Notes under the pieces: model-generated
What the model was told of the DNA's origin: nothing
Databases searched by the model: none
Seen by the model: only the letters and a program-made list of their open reading frames with translations
Position numbers and translations under genes: made by a program
Shown: one piece after another, positions 51,091 through 64,000 of the stretch
Position numbering within the stretch: the first letter of the stretch is position 1
How the letters are laid out: each line of letters begins with the position of its first letter
DNA from: the human T2T-CHM13v2.0 reference genome, Homo sapiens
DNA: 64,000 nt
NCBI RefSeq assembly: GCF_009914755.1
Contig: NC_060929.1
Strand: one strand, 5' to 3'

Positions 51091-54000
51091 CATTATTAAT
51101 TTTATTAATTTACAATTTTACCCACTTCACTTTTTACCCATCAGCTTGTATCCTAACCACAGATGACTGTATCCATTTTACTTAAATGAATTTAACCAGA
51201 GTTAGGCCAAGGCCATGTGGGAGGCAATGCCTTTGGTGGTGAGTTGCACCATCACACAGGTAACACTGGCATCATGGATTCACCATTGCCACTCTCTGGA
51301 TGCTTTCTCTACATTCTCTCATGTTGGAATCCTCCTTTCATCATCCCTTTTGTCTGTGCTTGCAGGTCGGGGTGCCTATGGTGCTGGCTAGTCAGGGTGC
51401 CTGTGGTTCTCATTGTCATTTAATAGTCTGAGTTTTTAAAGGCTAGATTTAATTAATTTTAATTAATTAATTAATTCCCACTAAGATCTATTCAACAATA
51501 TAGAGAACCTCTCACGACCTAATCAGCAAGTAAGTCCCAGAGATAGAAGGCACCATTTCTACCCCTGAGGTTCAAAAGCATAGTGAAGGGTGGAGGAAGG
51601 CCATGATGGTGGCTGTGGGGTGCATGGAGCAGGCTAACCCAGGGTTTCCATCTGACACAGCCTAGTCCTGGATGTAGGAGGACATCTCTGTGAGAAGGGT
51701 ACTCCTGGCTTGGATCTGTTGAGTTAGGTAAAAATCAGTGGGCACAGCCGGTAAATGATGTATCATTGTTAACAAAGGCTAAGTGACTGGAACATCAAGC
51801 TTTGTTTCTTTCCTATTGGAATTTCTTTCAGAAATTGCTTGAACCCCGTGGTAAAGCTTCATGTGTGTGGTCCTTGTGCACAAGCAGCAGGGGGTGGGCA
51901 AGTGGGAGGAGGTGTGAACCTGCCACATTTCCCTTGTTGTAGGAGAGAAGGTCTGTTCCAACTCTTTGGGGACATAATTGTATGAGGAGACTCTTGTATT
52001 TTGGAGACTATAATGAGTCACACAGCCTGGGGTTGGCTGTTGAGGCCAGGCGCTGGCAGAGAGGATTGCCTAAATCTCCTTGTGTTGCACAAAACTAGCT
52101 ACCTCACAGAAATCCCCTCAATTCTGCCCCCTCTCATTGCAATTAAATGAAAGCATACTGGATGAAGGTGTGAAGACTGAAGCTTTCAGAATGGCAGAAG
52201 CCATGGCACATCCCTCCCTTCTCCCTGGGGTACCACCATTAGCTGTCTGAGCTCCAAATTCCTTCCTCCTATAACCTGGTGACTCTGTTCCTTTTTTCAA
52301 ATTCTTGAGAAATAAAATACATTTGGCTGAGCTTGTGCAGGTGTCTCTGAACTGGAATCCGTCGTCTGTGTTCTAGGGGAGGTGGACTGCAAGACCTAGC
52401 CTGAGGAGCCATCGTACGTAGGGGCCAGGCTGAGGCATGAGTGGGTGCATTCAGAGAGTAACTACAACTTCCTCATGGTGTAGACAGAGATCCACTTTGG
52501 AGTTACACAAACATCCATTACAAAGTAATCCTGATTATTCTATCAGTATCTAAACCCCTGTTGACATAAAAGTGTCACTTGCTTTCAGAGCCTAAAGATA
52601 ATTTTGAAACACTTTTGGCCATTGGCAGATATTTGGAACAACACAGGATCAAGCTTATTTTCAAAACCACACTTGCCATCCTGACTACCTGACCATACAA
52701 TGTGGGGACATGTAGGAGAATGCCAGATTTTTGTCTGTGTTCTGTATTTGCCTACGCACTCCCCTACCCCAACCAACACCATAACTGATTTACTTACTTA
52801 AGGAGTGGTTTCCCCTTCAAAGTCAGCTGGGAACATTAGACAGAGAGGTGTTTGGTTTCTGGCTGGTAATCTTCTCCTGTATATTAACTAGACACAGCAT
52901 ATTCTGGCTTTGAATATTCTTGTGGCTTAACTTAAGAGATTAGAAATTTCTTTTGTGTTCACTTGCTTGGCCTACGGTATGACAGACGTCTTTCTGTGCA
53001 CGCAGTAAATGACTTGGCTCAGTACTCCATTGTACTGTGACTTTTTTGAAGTCATCCAGTGATAATGAAATCAAAATTAAGTTAACCTTTATCCTGGCAT
53101 TTTACCAAGTATAGATGCCTCCCTGGAGGAGAGAGCTAAGGACAGTTGCATTCGCATGTGGTCAGGTAGTGACCAAAGCCATTCTTATTTCTTTGCCCCC
53201 TGCCAAGTGCCTGAGGAGTCTTAATTTTTTTATGGCCATTTTCTTTGGACATGAATTCTAAACTACATTTCAAATCCAAACATGTCATATTCTGAGTGTC
53301 TTAAAACTGAGATCATAAAGTTATGGAAGAGTCAGCTTCATTCATTTTTAGCCACTGGAATTTTGAATTGTGAGTTATTTGTTCGGATAAACTTCAACAA
53401 CCTGTAGTGTGTAAGGGGAAGTGGCCTTGTGTACCCTCCTCTGCCACCAAGTGTGTGGTACTACAAGCCCTTCTTTGGACAGATTCTGCACATGTGCGCA
53501 CAGCTATCTGCAGCCACTCTTATTGGTCTCGGGTGAACCACATTCTAATGCATTGGTGACAAGTATGGCATTGTTTCTTTCATCTCATGCTGGGAACGCT
53601 CAGGGCCTGTTCCTGGTTTTAATGGAAGATTGGGTGTTTTGGACTCGGTTCGGGAGTTGGTACTGGTAAACTTCTGATGTTTATTTATGCAAGGGTAACT
53701 GTGTGGCTGTACAACTCATGCATATTTTCACCAGATGAAATTTAGGTTCAGCAAATGTGGAAAGAGTGAAAGTGTTTGCTGTTATCCATCATTCGTGGAG
53801 GGTGATTCTATAACCTTCGACTTATCTACTCAGACACAAGGTCCAGAAGCCCAGAGGGCCTCTTCCAGGCCAGCTCAGACTCCTGACATCCCCTCCAAAC
53901 AGTGGACTTGAAAAGGGGCTGGGACATGTAGGAATGGCACACTTTCTAGACAGCTTTTGCTAAGAAATAAAGACAATACATTTTGGCTAATTAAAGGTCC

Positions 54001-54220
54001 TGGAAACCTTGATACCAGGGAGCCAGGTTGCTTTGTCATTGCCTGAACCCCAAGTTGGAGTGCTTAATAGTTTCGAAAATGTAATCTCTCTCCCCCCAGT
54101 TTATTCTATTAAGTATTAAAATAAAGCTGCAAGTATCATTTTATTTTTATTTTAGTATAGGTCTAAAATAGTATCTCACACTAATATAGTCACAATTTTT
54201 ACAATTGTTATATTTTAGAC

Positions 54221-54433
54221 CAGGGTTTTGCAAACTGTGGCCCTTAGGTCAAATCTGATCTGTGGTTGGTTTTGTAAATAAAGTTTTACTGAAATGTAGG
54301 TCCAATCATTTATGTATTATTAGCTTCTGTTGTGCTACAATGAGAGTTGATTAGTCATGACATAGACCACATGCCCCCAACAGCCTACGAAAATCACCCT
54401 CCAGCCCTTCACAGGAGGGTTTGCTGGCCCCTG
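54221..54433. mobile_element. MER58A (hAT-Charlie)
   Basis: cagggttttgcaaactgtggccc...tttgtaaataaagttttactgaaa...gtttgctggcccctg with matching terminal inverted repeats. Confidence 0.85.
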
Positions 54434-54524
54434 CTTCTGACTAGAGCAAATCTAATCTACTTATCTTACAAATTAGGCACTTTAGGTCTAAAGTTGTTAA
54501 CGAACTTCTTTCTCAACTTCTAAT

Positions 54525-54830
54525 AGCCCAGGGAAATTTTCTGTATTGTTGAGCTTTACATAAATTAAATAAGTGGGATAAACCCTTTCATTTATGATTT
54601 CTCTTGCTCAATATTATATTTTGAGATTAATTCATAATGGCGTACATAGTTGTGGTTTGTTCATCTTTACCAGCTTATGGTATTGAATAAATGGATGCAC
54701 CACAGCTTATTTATTCATTCTGTGGTTTATGAACAATGGATAACTTGCAGTTTGGGACATTCCAAATGTGGCCACCATGAACGTTCTCATACAGGCTTTG
54801 TGGTGTACATGGGCACACATTTCTATAGAG
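54525..54830 (-). mobile_element. L1ME-type fragment
   Basis: ttctcttgctcaatattatattttgagattaattcata...atggatgcaccacagcttatttattcattc...tgaacgttctcatacaggctttg. Confidence 0.7.
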
Positions 54831-54833
54831 TGT

Positions 54834-55715
54834 GGTGTTAGTTGGCTATTGCTGCAAAACAAAATATCCCAAAACATTGCAGCTAAAATTAAGAAGCATT
54901 TTTTTCCCCACAGTTTGTGGGTCAAGAATCTGTGAAAGTCTTGGCTGGAATGCTTCTGACTCAAGGTCTCTCAGGAGGTGACAGTCACCCTCCAGTTTTC
55001 AGCAGGGCTGCATCTCATCTGAAGGCTCTACTGAGGGTGAATCCCTTTCCAGCTCAGGCATGTGGCTGTTGGCAGTCCCAGGTCCTCACCACGTGGGCCT
55101 CTGTACAGGCTGCCCGAGGGCCCTGGAAACATGCTAAGTGATGTCCTCAAGAGGGAGTGATCAGAGAGAGAGAGAGAGACTCAGGATGGAAGCCTCAGTC
55201 TTCTTATATTGATCTCAGAAGTGACACCATGTCTTAGTCTATTTGGACTTCCATATCCAAATATCATAGACTAGGTGGCTTTTAAACAATAGAAGGTTAT
55301 CTCTCCATTCTGGAGGCTGGGAATTCCTAAGTCATAGCACTGGAATATCTGGTGTTTCCTGTTGGTAGACGGCATCTTCTCGCTGTGTCTTCACATGGTG
55401 ATTGGGGCAGAGAGCTCTCTGGGGTCTCCTTTGGAAAAGTGTCAATCCCACACATGAGGGCCCGGTCCTCATGACCTAATCACCTCCCAAAAGTTTCACC
55501 TCCTAATACTACCACTTTGGGGGTGAGGATTTCAATGTAGGAATTTGGGGGTACACAGACACTTAGACCACAGCACATCCCACTGCTTCTGTGGCATTCT
55601 TTGTATTAGGAGTGAGGCAATGAATCTGGTTCACGCTCAAGGGGGTGGAAATTAATCTCCACCTCTTGAACGAGAAGTGCCAAATGATCTATGACGTGTT
55701 TTAAAACCATCACAT
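54834..55715 (-). mobile_element. MLT1F/G-like LTR split by a nested MLT1A-like LTR
   Basis: tgttagttggctattgctgcaaaacaaaatatcccaaaac...gtcctcaccacgtgggcctct...ctcagaagtgac | catcccactgcttctg...ctccacctcttgaacgagaagtg...ttttaaaaccatcaca. Confidence 0.8.
55230..55575 (-). mobile_element. MLT1A/MSTD-like LTR, nested
   Basis: tgtcttagtctatttggact...ttctggaggctgggaa...catgacctaatcacctcccaaa...ggatttcaa...ttagaccacagca. Confidence 0.9.
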
Positions 55716-57342
55716 GTACATCACTTGGAGTAGGATTTCTGGTTCCCAACATCTTTGCATGATCCTTTTTAGCAGGGGCGACCGGTGTTACTGAGGTGGC
55801 TGCTGCCACTCCCACTCTCGCAGCACAGTCTGAGAGCACAGGGAGCTCCCTGGCTTGCATACTTGCTAACGTCAGTCTTTTCCTTTAATCACTCTGCAAA
55901 CCAATGATTTTTTTAATGGCAATGGAAAAGAAAAGGGAAATTGTGTGTATTGAACTTCTATTAAACATCAAGCCAGCAGTTCCATGATGCACACATTAAA
56001 CTCCACTGGGAGGTCCCATTTTCCTCAGTCCATGGGTGAGCTCGGAGACGTTGTGTGACTTGTCTAACAGCACAAAACAGCCACAACTTTCATCAGAATC
56101 TGGTACCTGTTTCCTCACCTTTCCTAGTTTTATGTGGAAAATACATTGACAAGAAAAGCCTTTCTAGAGGCAAAAGCAGGAGACAGTGGTTTCATGTGGA
56201 ATTAGGGAAACGTCTGACCTGTGTTTGCAAGTGGGTTGAAAAGAAAGGAAGCCCCATCTCTTTGAATGCGTGGGGCCAGTGGCCTCAGTGTGAGGAGCTT
56301 CTTCCTCTGGGTCTTGAGGCATCCAGGTATAGGGCCGAGCCAAGGTGGGCTGAAGTGTGGTGAGACCATGCACAGGACACAGGCTGACCTGATTCTGGAC
56401 ACCAGTAAGGAAGCACTCAGGGACATGAACTTCTGAGAACCAAGGGGGTGTCAGGATGTGGGGGATATCAGGGATCCAATAATGATTGGGATGCTGGGAG
56501 GAAGGGCACCGCATTTTATAACACTTTTGTAATCCCACTCAAGTGAAGCTGGATTCAACAATAACAAAAGCAAGTATGTTGAGCATTCAATAAAAATACC
56601 CCATTTCTACACAGCTGCAGAGATCCCTGGGCCCCAGGATTTATCTGACAATTGTGCACACGAGGTGATGCCAAAAGTGAGAGGTTCCCTTGTCCCAAGA
56701 AAGTTAAGCGGAGAGTTAAATACCAACGACTGGCATGAATGTCAACTGATATCACCAGCATCGATTTGAAATATGACATCAACATGGTACAGACAAAAAC
56801 ACGTCTACACTTATTGATTGTCTATAATTAACCTGCAATCACAGTCAGCCCGTGCACCAGCTGTGGCCCCACCTTGCTAGAATACGTTGAGCATAAGCAT
56901 CTTTGCCTCCAAAGCATCAGGCATAATGGCCTCATTATTACTCCTTTATATCCCTTTCTCATCTGTAAATCATTTCTTGTTGGCAAGACTTCAAAGGGAA
57001 ATTCCTTCTCTTAAGTGAAATTAAAGTAAACCGTTTAAAAATATGGCACAGTGACCTTTATTGTGACTGTTCATCTATCCCTAGTATTACTATTTGCATT
57101 TGTTTTGCTTTGGTATCTGTTGTACTGTTATTTCTTGTATTGCAACACTTAATGACTAATATGTTTTGAATCTTGACAAAATGTGATATATTTCCCATGA
57201 GTATATGGTTATAAGGTAGTGCATATAATTTACTGTATATTATACATATTTATGAAAACATATTTTATGTGCTTAGATATTCATATACTATGGGTGCGTG
57301 TGATTTCTCTTGCACAGGGACCTTTAAAAATATTTTGTGTCT

Positions 57343-57640
57343 GAGCCGGGCACGGTGTCTCCCGTCTGTAATCTTAAAACTTTGGGAAGTCTAAGCACGC
57401 AGATCACTTGAGGTCAGGAGTTCAAGACCAGCCTGGCTAACATGGCGAAACCCCATCTCTACTAAAAATACAAAACTTAGCCAGCCATGGTGATGGGCAC
57501 CTATAATCCCAGGTACTCAGAAGCCTGAGGCGGGAGAATCTCTTGAGCCCAGGAGGCGAAGGTTGCAGTGAGCTGAGATTCCACCACCGCACCCCAGCCT
57601 GGGCAACAGAGCGAGATTCCATTTAAAAAAAAAACAAAAC
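57343..57640 (+). mobile_element. Alu (older, AluS/J-like)
   Basis: Full dimer with A tail; tgtgtctg repeated on both flanks as part of a decayed TSD. Confidence 0.95.
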
Positions 57641-59494
57641 TGTGTCTGTCCTATGCTTTTCACGAGTGAAGAAAGAAGACGTGTTCATTAGTAATTAAAC
57701 AGGATAGGAGTATTTAGGTTGATTTTGTTCACCTTAAAACAGTATGCTGCCGTTCTCATTCAGGCTGTGTTAATATGGATTAAGTAGCACTTTTTCCCTG
57801 GCACGGTGGGAGTGCCCAGCGGCTGTGAATTCCATGCTCACTCTGAGTTCTCCACTTGATCAGGACTCGGTGCTGCCCGCCTGGTGTGCCCACCCTCCCT
57901 TTCTTCCTGCAGGCTCTCGCTTTACTCACATGCTCAGCTGTCCATTTTATTCAGCTTTGACATCTCTGACACCTAAGTCTTCCCCCAGAATTTATTAGCC
58001 TCTTTTTTTCATCTTTTTCATAGAATCTCAGGAGTCTTAATGGTAGATCATTTTTCATGAAAGCAGAGAGCTTTTTTTTTTTTTTTTTTGAATGAGCTTC
58101 TATTTTATTAGTCTGTCTGGAAGGGTTTTTAAGAGTACTCATTTGCAGGGCTGGAAAATTTACCATAAATTTTCATGAGAGAAGACTTTCGGTTTCAAAA
58201 CAGAAGTAGCCCTTAGCCTAATTTCCATGGTTCTGCTATGCCTCCAGTGAAGACCCCTCTGCACACCTCCAGAAGCTGTAGCACATTTATTGTTTTGTTT
58301 TGGAACAAAAATGATTCCATATGATGTTCCCGACTGTCTGATCATCTGCATGGAGATCAGAGACAATAAGCGCCAGTGTGAGTCCATTTCACTCAGGGTC
58401 GGGGAGTCCGCAGGAACGCATGGGTCATGGGCGTGGGAAGGGGATTCATCCCAGGAAGGAGAAACCTGTTCCCCAGGGCGGGTTTCTGCGTGGTTCCAGC
58501 CTAACTCCTGCCCCTTGGGTCTTGGCAACCAGTTTGGGAAAATTCGGGGTCCATCAGAGACTTTGAGAGATGTCGACCCTGCTGCCAATCTGCTCCAAGC
58601 CGGGCCGGACTTGAGAAAGGCTGAGTGACATTTCCACATCCACCTGGACTGCAGCCACCCCGGTGGCTCCTAACACAGCGTTAGTTCACAGGTTACCTTC
58701 TCCAAAGACGTGTTGCTGATATGCAAAATACAACAGATGAATCATTGGAACAGGACCCTGCGACATCTCCCGCGAGAGAATTCAAGTGAAGAAAGCGTGA
58801 CAAAAAGAATGTGGTCAGCGAAGAGGCCAACTGGAGGCTCAGAGAGATGAGGAAGGAACTGTTCCTGGGCCGTGTCCAGGCCTCGGTGCCCGGGGAAGTG
58901 ATTCTCCAGCCCTCACCGCTGCTGCAAAGGCAGCCTGGCTGCTTTAAGACGTCTTTGTGTAGAGTGGGGATCAGAGACTACATTTTGCAAGTGGGCTAGT
59001 AGCAGGAAAACATTTGGAGGCCTCAGATCCCTTGGCCTCATCTGAAAACACCTTAGTGCTTCACCCTTTGTTGGTCCCACCAGGCCCTCACTTCCTCTTC
59101 AGGCTGTCAGGGGGCACGTGGAGGCAGCAATTGGGAGGGTGCTGCTCCCAATTTCACCTAAGAGACCGGGCATTTTCCAGCACCCCCAAGGGGAGTTTCT
59201 GGGGACTCCAGGAGATTCTCCCCCAAGCGCAACCTCATTCTGTCGACTGTGAGCCATCCATTTGGGTGCTCCCAACTCTCAGCCTCAGCCTTCCCCTCCA
59301 GGAACTCCTCTCCCTGGGGCGGCATTGCTCTTGAACCAATAGCGGCCCTCCTCCCCTCTCCAAGCCATTTGGATGATTCTGGAGACTCACATCCTGGCAC
59401 AGGGAGCACCTCTCCTCTCCTCAAAGCAGGCGAGGGGGCCGGGGCAGGCTACCCGGTGCTCTCCGCACCAAAGCAATGCACTTTAATTCCTGCA

Positions 59495-59495
<1 letters not shown>

Positions 59496-59539
<44 letters not shown>
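59496..59539. repeat. (CA)n microsatellite
   Basis: Direct reading, about 22 perfect units. Confidence 0.97.
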
Positions 59540-59542
<3 letters not shown>

Positions 59543-62500
59543 ATACTTTTGTTTCTGAATGTAAGAAATGGTGTGTGCTTATTATATAGATAAATTAAAA
59601 AATAAGAAAATATTTATAATATACATATTTTGAGAAGCCAAAAAATATATTTCTTTATTAAAATCTTATTTTGGTCACCCAAAGCTGCATTTTTCTCTCC
59701 TAACCTTGAAGGCATTGTGATGCCCCACATCGGAGCTGCTCCAGGGGACGGTGCTGGCCTCCCTGGTAGTTGGGGCAGGGTGGAGGGACAGGAGGACCTG
59801 GCCTAGAGAAGAGACATCTCACGAAGACAAAAAAGGTTACGGTACCAAAAAGGGGATAAATACGATCTACAAAGAAATTGCCTTGTTGAAGACTAGAAAA
59901 CAACTAGGGAAAAAATGTGGTCACCTCTTCACCTCTTCAGGTATGCCTCTTAACAGGTCTGTGATTTTAAAAGGCCCTTAAGTAGGTTCTGACTGGGTAG
60001 AGAACCTGGTGGAGATTCTGTATAACCACCAGAAACAACCCCACAGTGCCCATTTTGGATGGAAAAATCTGTAATTTTCCATTTGCCTCAAATAATGTAT
60101 TAGGAAATAATCTCCCCACAGAGAATTTTAATTTGCCTGTTGGAAGGATGTTAAAAAATTAAGATATTGAATATTGGGTTTATTTCTGTATTTCTTTATT
60201 TTTGCAGGAATTCTTGTTGCTCCTTTCTGTGACATGTCAGCCTGGGTCCATGTGTGAAACTGGTGATCGAATGATTAAATCAAGAGAGTTTTGATTAATT
60301 TTTTTCCCTCCCCTACCACTGTCACCTGGGCTGACCGGAGTGAGGAGAAGCTTGAGCAGACACACACTGCCAAGCTCTGTGGCTGCACAACCAAGAACAG
60401 TTTTGTTTTTCAAAGACTTGGAGCCCTTTACTCCCAACTTAAATTTATATGGTTTGCTAATTGCCTGCACATAAGGAAGGGTGAGCATGTAATTTCCTTT
60501 CACTGTAATTTGAAATCCTCCAATGATGGTTTCTCTCCATCCACTAGGGAACTGAAGGCTTTGGCAAGCTCCAAGCCTAGGGCCCGACGGCACTGGCCCA
60601 AGTGGAGGGTTATAATATGGGTACAATGCACCATTTTGTACTCAAAACAATTTTTGCTGGCTTTGGCTTTTTGATTTAATGAAAGTCTAATAAGTCCAGA
60701 AATTCAAATTTAAGCACACTTCTTTTATTTTTAACCACCAGGAGTAACAATAATCACTCGTTCTACTTTAAAAAAGTAGAATTCAACTAAATGAATTTCA
60801 CAGACTTTTTCTTGGACTTATTTTAATTTGGCTTTAATGTTATAAGTCTAAATCTTGAAACATTTATATCTCTGGTTTCAGTTAAACTAATAAAGTATTA
60901 CTATATTAATAATTGGTACCCACTTTATTAAGTACTATAGACATCAAATCCTTTATATTCAAGAAGTGAAAGCCCTCCAGCTCTAAATACTTTTGGCAAA
61001 TAAGTCCTTAAGATATAATTGAGTATAACATAAGGTCTGATTTAAAACATGAGTTAAAATTAAGGGCACCACTACCATTTGCAAATCGTTAAAGGACTAA
61101 CTTAGAAGACAATTCTTGTGATGAAATTCAAATGCGGACTCACAGGAACTCAAGGTCTCATGTTTGAGGTGAGCTTCAGAATTCGTTGTGCAGATGGCTA
61201 GGACCTGCACTATCACTGAGCTATTTAATTTAAACCTGAAATATCCAGGATAACAAACATAGGAATATAAAGGAAATGGCACACTCAATTAAAATAATTC
61301 ACGAGCTGCCTTGAGAAGAACAATTCAGGGGGAAATGGCCTCATATTAGATGTTTTGGGAGTCCTTGACGAGCAGTTTCCTTCTCATTCAATAATATCCA
61401 CACTGAGATCGATTCTGCAATGGAACTGACAAAGGAGTGCAGGGAGAGTAGACTTCTTAGTGGCAGGAGCCCGTGTTCTCTCTGTGTCCCTAGCACTTGC
61501 TAGCATGGCTCAAGGAATGCTTGTTGAATGCACTGCGCAAGGCTAAGAGCTGGGTCATACCAAGGTGATTAAAATATCATTCCTGTCCTCCAAGAAATTA
61601 CTAAGAGGGAAAGTTACATACTTGAATAAATGACTATAATACCATAGAGACTATGTAAACTGTTAAAAGTAATATGTAAATAAAGTATTGTCGATGTGAA
61701 GTATTTTCTCAAAGAAGAGACATTTAATAAATGCAAACATAAATAGCATGCTTATTAGTGTATATGATACTTTCATCTCACACTTTCTCCGTCCTTACTA
61801 CATTTAGATAGGTGATTTAAGACATTTGTTTTTTTTTTTAATCTCATCTTTCTTCTGTTTTCCACTCCACAAGTTTATTTTACAAAGTTATAGATTTGGA
61901 AAATAAATTTTTACATACTCTAGTGCATTCTCAAAAAATTACATTAATGGTGATTCATGCTTAGAGACATCAAGTAAGCTGTACAAGGCCTCGCAGTTTT
62001 GTAAATACAAAAAGTAAATAAATACAAATTTTAAAAAGGAAAAAACAAGTATTGACTCATAGCCAGGAATGGAAGCTATCTCAGGACTGTTTCCAGGGGT
62101 TCAAATGGCACCTGCCTGGACGTCTCTCCTATTTCCATCTCTTTCTTCATTTCCCGCCTATGTGCATTGCCTCATCATTTTATTCCACTCATTTGTTTGA
62201 GTGTAGCCAGAAATGCACACCTGCCCTGCTCATAAACTCACATGGACAGGGAGGCACTTTCTCTGAGCCTCACTCTGCCAGTGCTAGCAAGGACCGCAGA
62301 TGGCCACTGCTGGGTCACATGCAATGTGCCTGGCTCAGTCCCAGTGCCCAAGGGAGCGGTCCAAGCCTTGGCCACGTCACCCATCCCTGCACAGGAAGTG
62401 ATGAGTAGGGAAGGGGGCACCCTAATGGACATACTTGCTCAACTGCAGGGGAGAGGAAAGAGTCATCTTCCTAAGAAAGACATTCCAGGTAAACAAAACA

Positions 62501-63189
62501 CCCTAGGTCCATTCGTGGACTTCCACCCAGTGGAGTAGGTGGGCAGAGGTGGCGGCTCTCAGTGCTGGAGCCCGTTGCTCATTCTATAGAAACCCTTCGC
62601 CTCCCAGGAATGAAGGTCTAGAGGTTGTGCAGAGTTAATATGCAGAAAACTGTAAGGAATCAGAACTTTACAGCATCAAAGGACTTTGAGATCACAAACA
62701 GCCTCCAGAAATACACTTTATTTTTGTTTTCTGTTCTGTATTTTTATATCAAATGTCAGATGATTGATGAAATAACATTTAATCACATGCACATTGGAGA
62801 CACGGCTAAAGCTTTCAGTCTTGCCTCCAGCTGAGACCTGCCTGCCTCTGAGTCCTGATTTCAGTAACCTCCAGCTCAGTGTCTTTCCCTGAACATCACT
62901 GTCTCCTACTCTAGAAAGAGTGAGAAAAAGTGGTAATGGGACCTTCTCCCCATGCAGATTATAGCCTTTAAGAACACAGACACTTATAAAATTTGAGCAG
63001 AAAATGCATTTCTTCATCTGTCTTGGCACAAGGACAACCACCGCTGGTCTCAGGTTATGTACGTTTCTACATGCAGACTCAGTCTCTGAGCTTAGGTAGA
63101 AACCTAGCGGAACTCAGTAAAAACTCAAGAATACCCTTAATGTATTTCTCACCAGCAACTACGTCTATTTGTCTTTCATGTTCCTATTT

Positions 63190-63303
63190 CACCAAGCCAT
63201 GAGGGATCTGCCCCCATCCCCCAGAGTCTCCAGCCAGGCCCCACCACCAACACTGGGGATTACATCTCAGCATGAGATTTGGAGGGACATCCAAACTATA
63301 TCA
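63190..63303 (-). mobile_element. MST-family LTR fragment
   Basis: atgagggatctgcccccat...ccaggccccaccaccaacactggggattaca...catgagatttggagggacatccaaactatatca. Confidence 0.8.
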
Positions 63304-63700
63304 GGAAGTAAAGTCATTTGCTGAAGAGCATATAGCTCAGAAGTCCTCCTAGCTTAAAATTCAAGCCCTTAACCCCAGGTTACCCCACTTTATAGAGGAG
63401 CTGATCTCTGATGCACAGCTAAAATGCATGTCCCCTCGGACGAGACATTTGACTAAAAAGTCTTTATGACTACAGTGCCTGGCCCGGGGGCTTGTGTCCT
63501 AGAAATAACAAACCAGTGAGTGAGAACCATCCTGGATGCCTGGTTGCGTATGAACCCATGGGCTCTCTGTGGTTTCCGGTCTTCCTGGGAGACAGGTGAA
63601 TAACGACCACCTGCATCCCTTTCCACAGAGACAGGGGCAGAATCTGAGCTGGAGTTCCCCAGTCTGGAGTCCCGTGCTCCTGACTTCAGAACTCACTCTA

Positions 63701-63999
<299 letters not shown>

Positions 64000-64000
64000 A

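Noticed and set aside
50510-51185. 218/179/111-aa F/L/S-rich membrane-like ORFs
   Set aside because: Translation of the polypyrimidine tract.

Overview
Primate (very likely human) non-coding genomic DNA. I found no credible protein-coding exon, RNA gene or large CpG island, and I cannot name the locus from sequence alone. Much of the window is ordinary interspersed repeats: eight Alu insertions, L1 and L2 remnants, MIRs, MaLR/ERVL LTRs (THE1, MLT1, MLT2, MST, MER21) and small DNA transposons (MER2, MER5, MER58). Subfamily names are recalled from consensus sequences, not from a search. The dominant unusual feature is a ~3.9-kb, almost pure A/T compound micro/minisatellite (22776-26698) with 28-, 38- and 36-bp unit domains, a perfect 20-bp palindrome per 38-bp unit and an internal 350-bp duplication. 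Other notable items: a 5'-inverted (twin-primed) L1 with recognisable TSDs, a probable ancient RTE-clade LINE fossil (50110-50590), a template-switch hairpin inside an Alu, a trimeric Alu, two THE1 LTRs with intact DUX4 motifs, an ATF4/C/EBP motif cluster, several enhancer-like unique segments and a few candidate non-coding exons. All long ORFs in the track are explained by repeats or low complexity. I see no direct evidence of a new biological system; the best candidates are structural or regulatory hypotheses.
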